From positions 1 through 20,710 of the forward strand of contig JBNJGY010000039.1 in assembly GCA_051748045.1 (NCBI GenBank): a DNA stretch of 20,710 nt. The letters run 5' to 3'. Position 1 is the stretch's first letter; each line of letters opens with the position of its first letter. Positions 17,585 to 20,710 of the stretch are shown here, piece after piece. Position numbers and translations under genes: made by a program. This stretch comes from Thermotogota bacterium (GTDB lineage: Bacteria; Thermotogota; Thermotogae; Petrotogales; Petrotogaceae). The notes beneath the pieces were generated by a model. It made no database searches. It was not told the origin of the DNA and saw only the letters and a program-made list of their open reading frames with translations.

Positions 17585-20500
17585 CTATAAAGCCTGATTT
17601 TCAACCCTCTGATTAATCTCATCTATCTTTTTAACAAGGCTTTTTACTATGCTTTTTTTGTCTTCAAAAAGATAGCTGATGCTTCCGAACTTGTTGAAAG
17701 GATGATCGTTCAATACCTTTTTATCCATTCTGCCATTTTTAACAATATAATCTACAACAAGGTTTACAAACTCCATCTGGTTGGAGTTTAGGGAATTGTC
17801 ATTTAAAAATTCAGCAAATACTTTGTTTGCAGCCTCCCTTTCAAGACCTACAAGACCTGCAACAAGCTTTACAAGGGGCTGGTTTCCAAACTCTTTTTCA
17901 TAATCTTTTCTTGTTCCAAGGTCGTGTAGTAAAATCTTTTCAAGATGTTTTATCTCAGAATCTGTTATAGGCTTGTTATTTTTAAGCTTATAAACTGCAA
18001 TATCGTCTTTGTGATTTTTAAGATAATGATCTACTTTTTTTCTGTAGTTTTGAAATTCGCTTGTATTAAACTCTGTCTGATTTTCAACAACTTCCAGAAT
18101 TTCATCTTCAAAAGAGGTAAAATAAATCTGTGCTTCTTCAGTTTCAAGAAGGGCAACAAGATCTCTTAATCTTTTTCTTACCTCTTCATACTCCTTAATA
18201 TCAGCATTTTCAAAGAATTCAGGCGTCTGAATATCTGAAATAAGCTTTCTGTTTTTTCTTATCTGGGGAAGATTACCTTTTGTTTCAAGCTTTTCAGCAG
18301 TTGATACAAGCTTTGATCTTTGCTTGTAAATACTGATCCCCTGAAGATAGAAAAGCTCGAGAGTATACATCAAAAGATCAAACCTTTTTGCAGACTCAGG
18401 ATCTTCAGAAGGTATAAGAACAGGGGCAATCTCATCTTCAAGCTCTTTTACCATTTTTTCAGAGATTGAATTCCACTTTTCAATATTTTTATACCTGTGA
18501 ATATACTTAATTCTCATTTTATTTGAAAAAAGATTTTCATCAAGCCTGTTGATCTCTTTTACAAAACTTTGTACAAGCTCATCCCTGAAGCTTTTGTAAT
18601 GCTCATTTTGAAAATCTGAATGCTCAAGCTCTCTTGCAATCTTTACCTTAATATTAAATATATTTTCACTCAAAGATTTTACACTTACTCCTTCAACTCC
18701 GTTTTTATTTATTCTGAAAAATTCAAAATTGGAGCAATAATCAAAAATAAGAAAATTCTTTTTATCATCATAAGGCCCGAATAAATCTTTGCAAAGCCTT
18801 GTTCCCCGCCCTATCATCTGCCAGAATTTGGCTTTTGATCTTATTTTTTTAAAAAATACAAGATTTACAACTTCGGGAATGTCTATTCCTGTGTCGAGCA
18901 TATCAACAGATATTGCAATATGGGGAGGTTTATTTTTTTGGGAAAAATCTTCTATTAAAGAATCTACATATTTGATTCCATTATATATTGTTGCAGCTGT
19001 TTTACCGGCATAGGAAGGATAAAGCCTGTTAAATCTCTGAATTATAAATTCTGCATGTTTTGTATTTTTTGCAAAAATTATGGTTTTTCCAATTTTGTCT
19101 CCGCCTTCAACCTTTATCCCTTTTTCCATAAGGTCTGAAATAACCTTGTCTATTGTGTCGTCATTGAATAAAAAGCTGTTTAAAGCTTCTCCTGAAACAT
19201 CTTTTACATCATCATCAAATGTATCTTCCCATGTCTCTTTTTCCTCATCACTTAATTCATCATAGTGAATGCCGTCTTCAATAAACTTCATTTTTGTTTC
19301 TATGGTTGTATATGGAACAAGGAAACCTTCATTTACAGCCTCTTCAAGCTCGTATGCAAATGTTGGTACATCGTTTTCAATATTAAATATTGAGTATGTG
19401 TTTTTGTCTATATCGTTTTTAGGGGTGGCTGTAAGACCTAAAAGATGTCCGTCAAAATATTTGAATATATCCTGATACTTTTTGTATATAGATCTGTGGG
19501 ATTCATCCACGATAATAAGATCGAAATGACCCGGAGTAAAAAGCTTTAATCCTGAATTATCTGTTTTGTCGTCTATGGCATTCATTATTGTGGGATAGGT
19601 TGAAAAGACCATCCTGCTTTTTGGATCATCTGCTTTATCAAGGAGGTTGCATATACTAAGAGATGGAAGAAGGTTGGAAAAACTTTTTTTTGCCTGCTTT
19701 ACAAGCTCTCTTCTGTCTGCAAGGAAAAGAATGTTTTTTATCCACCCGTTTTTAAGCAATACATCTGTTATGGAGACTGCAGTCCTTGTTTTTCCGGAAC
19801 CTGTTGCCATAACAAGAAGTGCCTTTCTCTGTCCCGACTGAAATGTATCACAAACCGCCTGAACAGCCTTTTGCTGGTATGGTCTGTCTGTAATATTCTG
19901 GTTTATATTTACCTTTGAAATATCTTTTTTATGCTTTTGACTGTAAAGATGCCAGTCAAGCTCGTCCTTTGTAAAAAAACCTGAGACAAGTCTTTCAGGA
20001 TATTCATTATCGTCCCAGAACCAGGTTTCAAATCCGTTTGTAAAGAATATAAGAGGTCTTGTATTATACTCTTTTTCAAGACAGTCTGCATAAAGTTTTG
20101 CCTGAACCTTCCCTTTTTTGGGATCATTGGATGTTCTTTTTGCCTCCACAACAGCCATTGGCTTTCCGTTGTCTGAGTAAAGAACATAATCTGCATAACC
20201 CTTTCCTGAAGCTCCAGGCATTCCAGAAAGCTCAACCTCTTCAATACAGTCGTTTCCGACTTCCCATCCGCAGGATTCCAGGGCAAGGTCAATATATAGC
20301 TTCCTTGTCTTAAACTCGCTTATGTCATCGCAGACAAAGCTTCTTGATTCAGAGTTTTCTTTTCTAAGGTTAGAGTTCAGGTTTCTTTCTTTTTCAGATT
20401 CAAGCTGATCTTCAAGCTCTTTTTGCTTTTTTCTCCATTCCTCCTGTTTTTTTGCAAGTTCTTCCTGAATCTTTCTTGTCTTTTGTTCATAGTATTGTCC

Positions 20501-20710
20501 GTCCGGGACAATGGATGAATTAAAAGGTTTTTCATTTATATCTTCAGAGTATGAAAAATCTATCCAGGATATAAAATCGAAAAGATTTCTTAAAGATTCG
20601 ACAGCCTGATCCCTTGTAACAGGCTTTGGAGTATGTGCTGCCTTGTTGCCGAGATCTATAATAAATTTAATTCTTGGAAAAAGCTTTTGGTCTATAATCT
20701 CTTTAAAATC
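17585..20710 (-). CDS. hsdR: Type I restriction enzyme R subunit (EcoAI/EcoEI-like, with N-terminal DUF4145), 5' end outside the window
   Basis: Nuclease GYADYVL...VVEAKR, RPYQ, Walker A MATGSGKT, DESH, LTATP, VDMLDTGIDIP, QMIGRGTR and an EcoEI_R_C-like tail. Hand translation shows the frame open from 20710 through the track's ATG at 20221: DFKEIIDQKLFPRIKFIIDLGNKAAH...SEFKTRKLYIDLALESCGW... Confidence 0.93.
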   Translation of the reverse strand, partial: DFKEIIDQKLFPRIKFIIDLGNKAAHTPKPVTRDQAVESLRNLFDFISWIDFSYSEDINEKPFNSSIVPDGQYYEQKTRKIQEELAKKQEEWRKKQKELEDQLESEKERNLNSNLRKENSESRSFVCDDISEFKTRKLYIDLALESCGWEVGNDCIEEVELSGMPGASGKGYADYVLYSDNGKPMAVVEAKRTSNDPKKGKVQAKLYADCLEKEYNTRPLIFFTNGFETWFWDDNEYPERLVSGFFTKDELDWHLYSQKHKKDISKVNINQNITDRPYQQKAVQAVCDTFQSGQRKALLVMATGSGKTRTAVSITDVLLKNGWIKNILFLADRRELVKQAKKSFSNLLPSLSICNLLDKADDPKSRMVFSTYPTIMNAIDDKTDNSGLKLFTPGHFDLIIVDESHRSIYKKYQDIFKYFDGHLLGLTATPKNDIDKNTYSIFNIENDVPTFAYELEEAVNEGFLVPYTTIETKMKFIEDGIHYDELSDEEKETWEDTFDDDVKDVSGEALNSFLFNDDTIDKVISDLMEKGIKVEGGDKIGKTIIFAKNTKHAEFIIQRFNRLYPSYAGKTAATIYNGIKYVDSLIEDFSQKNKPPHIAISVDMLDTGIDIPEVVNLVFFKKIRSKAKFWQMIGRGTRLCKDLFGPYDDKKNFLIFDYCSNFEFFRINKNGVEGVSVKSLSENIFNIKVKIARELEHSDFQNEHYKSFRDELVQSFVKEINRLDENLFSNKMRIKYIHRYKNIEKWNSISEKMVKELEDEIAPVLIPSEDPESAKRFDLLMYTLELFYLQGISIYKQRSKLVSTAEKLETKGNLPQIRKNRKLISDIQTPEFFENADIKEYEEVRKRLRDLVALLETEEAQIYFTSFEDEILEVVENQTEFNTSEFQNYRKKVDHYLKNHKDDIAVYKLKNNKPITDSEIKHLEKILLHDLGTRKDYEKEFGNQPLVKLVAGLVGLEREAANKVFAEFLNDNSLNSNQMEFVNLVVDYIVKNGRMDKKVLNDHPFNKFGSISYLFEDKKSIVKSLVKKIDEINQRVENQAL

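Noticed and set aside
17945-20313. Short ORFs overlapping hsdR, including the 127-aa minus ORF 19909-20292, and the track's hsdR start at 20221
   Set aside because: These are alternative-frame or antisense shadows. The hsdR frame continues without a stop past 20221, so that ATG is internal.
1-20710. CRISPR array, tRNA/rRNA, retron-type ncRNA or integron attC sites
   Set aside because: The intergenic gaps are short and show no regularly spaced repeats or cloverleaf, and there is no reverse transcriptase, cas or integrase gene in the window.

Overview
AT-rich bacterial anti-phage defence island. Left to right: (1) the 3' end of a WYL/WCX-type regulator gene, followed by an imperfect palindrome lying over the next promoter; (2) a translationally coupled pair, a 1152-aa protein with no recognisable motif plus a 1982-aa SF2 DExH helicase with DUF1998 and an extra PLD/MIT_C-like tail, which resembles Druantia type III (druH-druE); (3) a convergent 1820-aa DUF4011 / SF1 helicase / Vsr-like nuclease protein of the Hhe type; (4) a divergent small zinc-ribbon + YbjN/CesT-chaperone-like gene; (5) a frameshifted IS66 right-end relic that the ORF track misses; (6) a 297-aa orphan; (7) a type I restriction subunit hsdR whose frame stays open to the window edge. 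I saw no RNA genes or CRISPR arrays. All family calls come from motif recognition by eye, not database searches.
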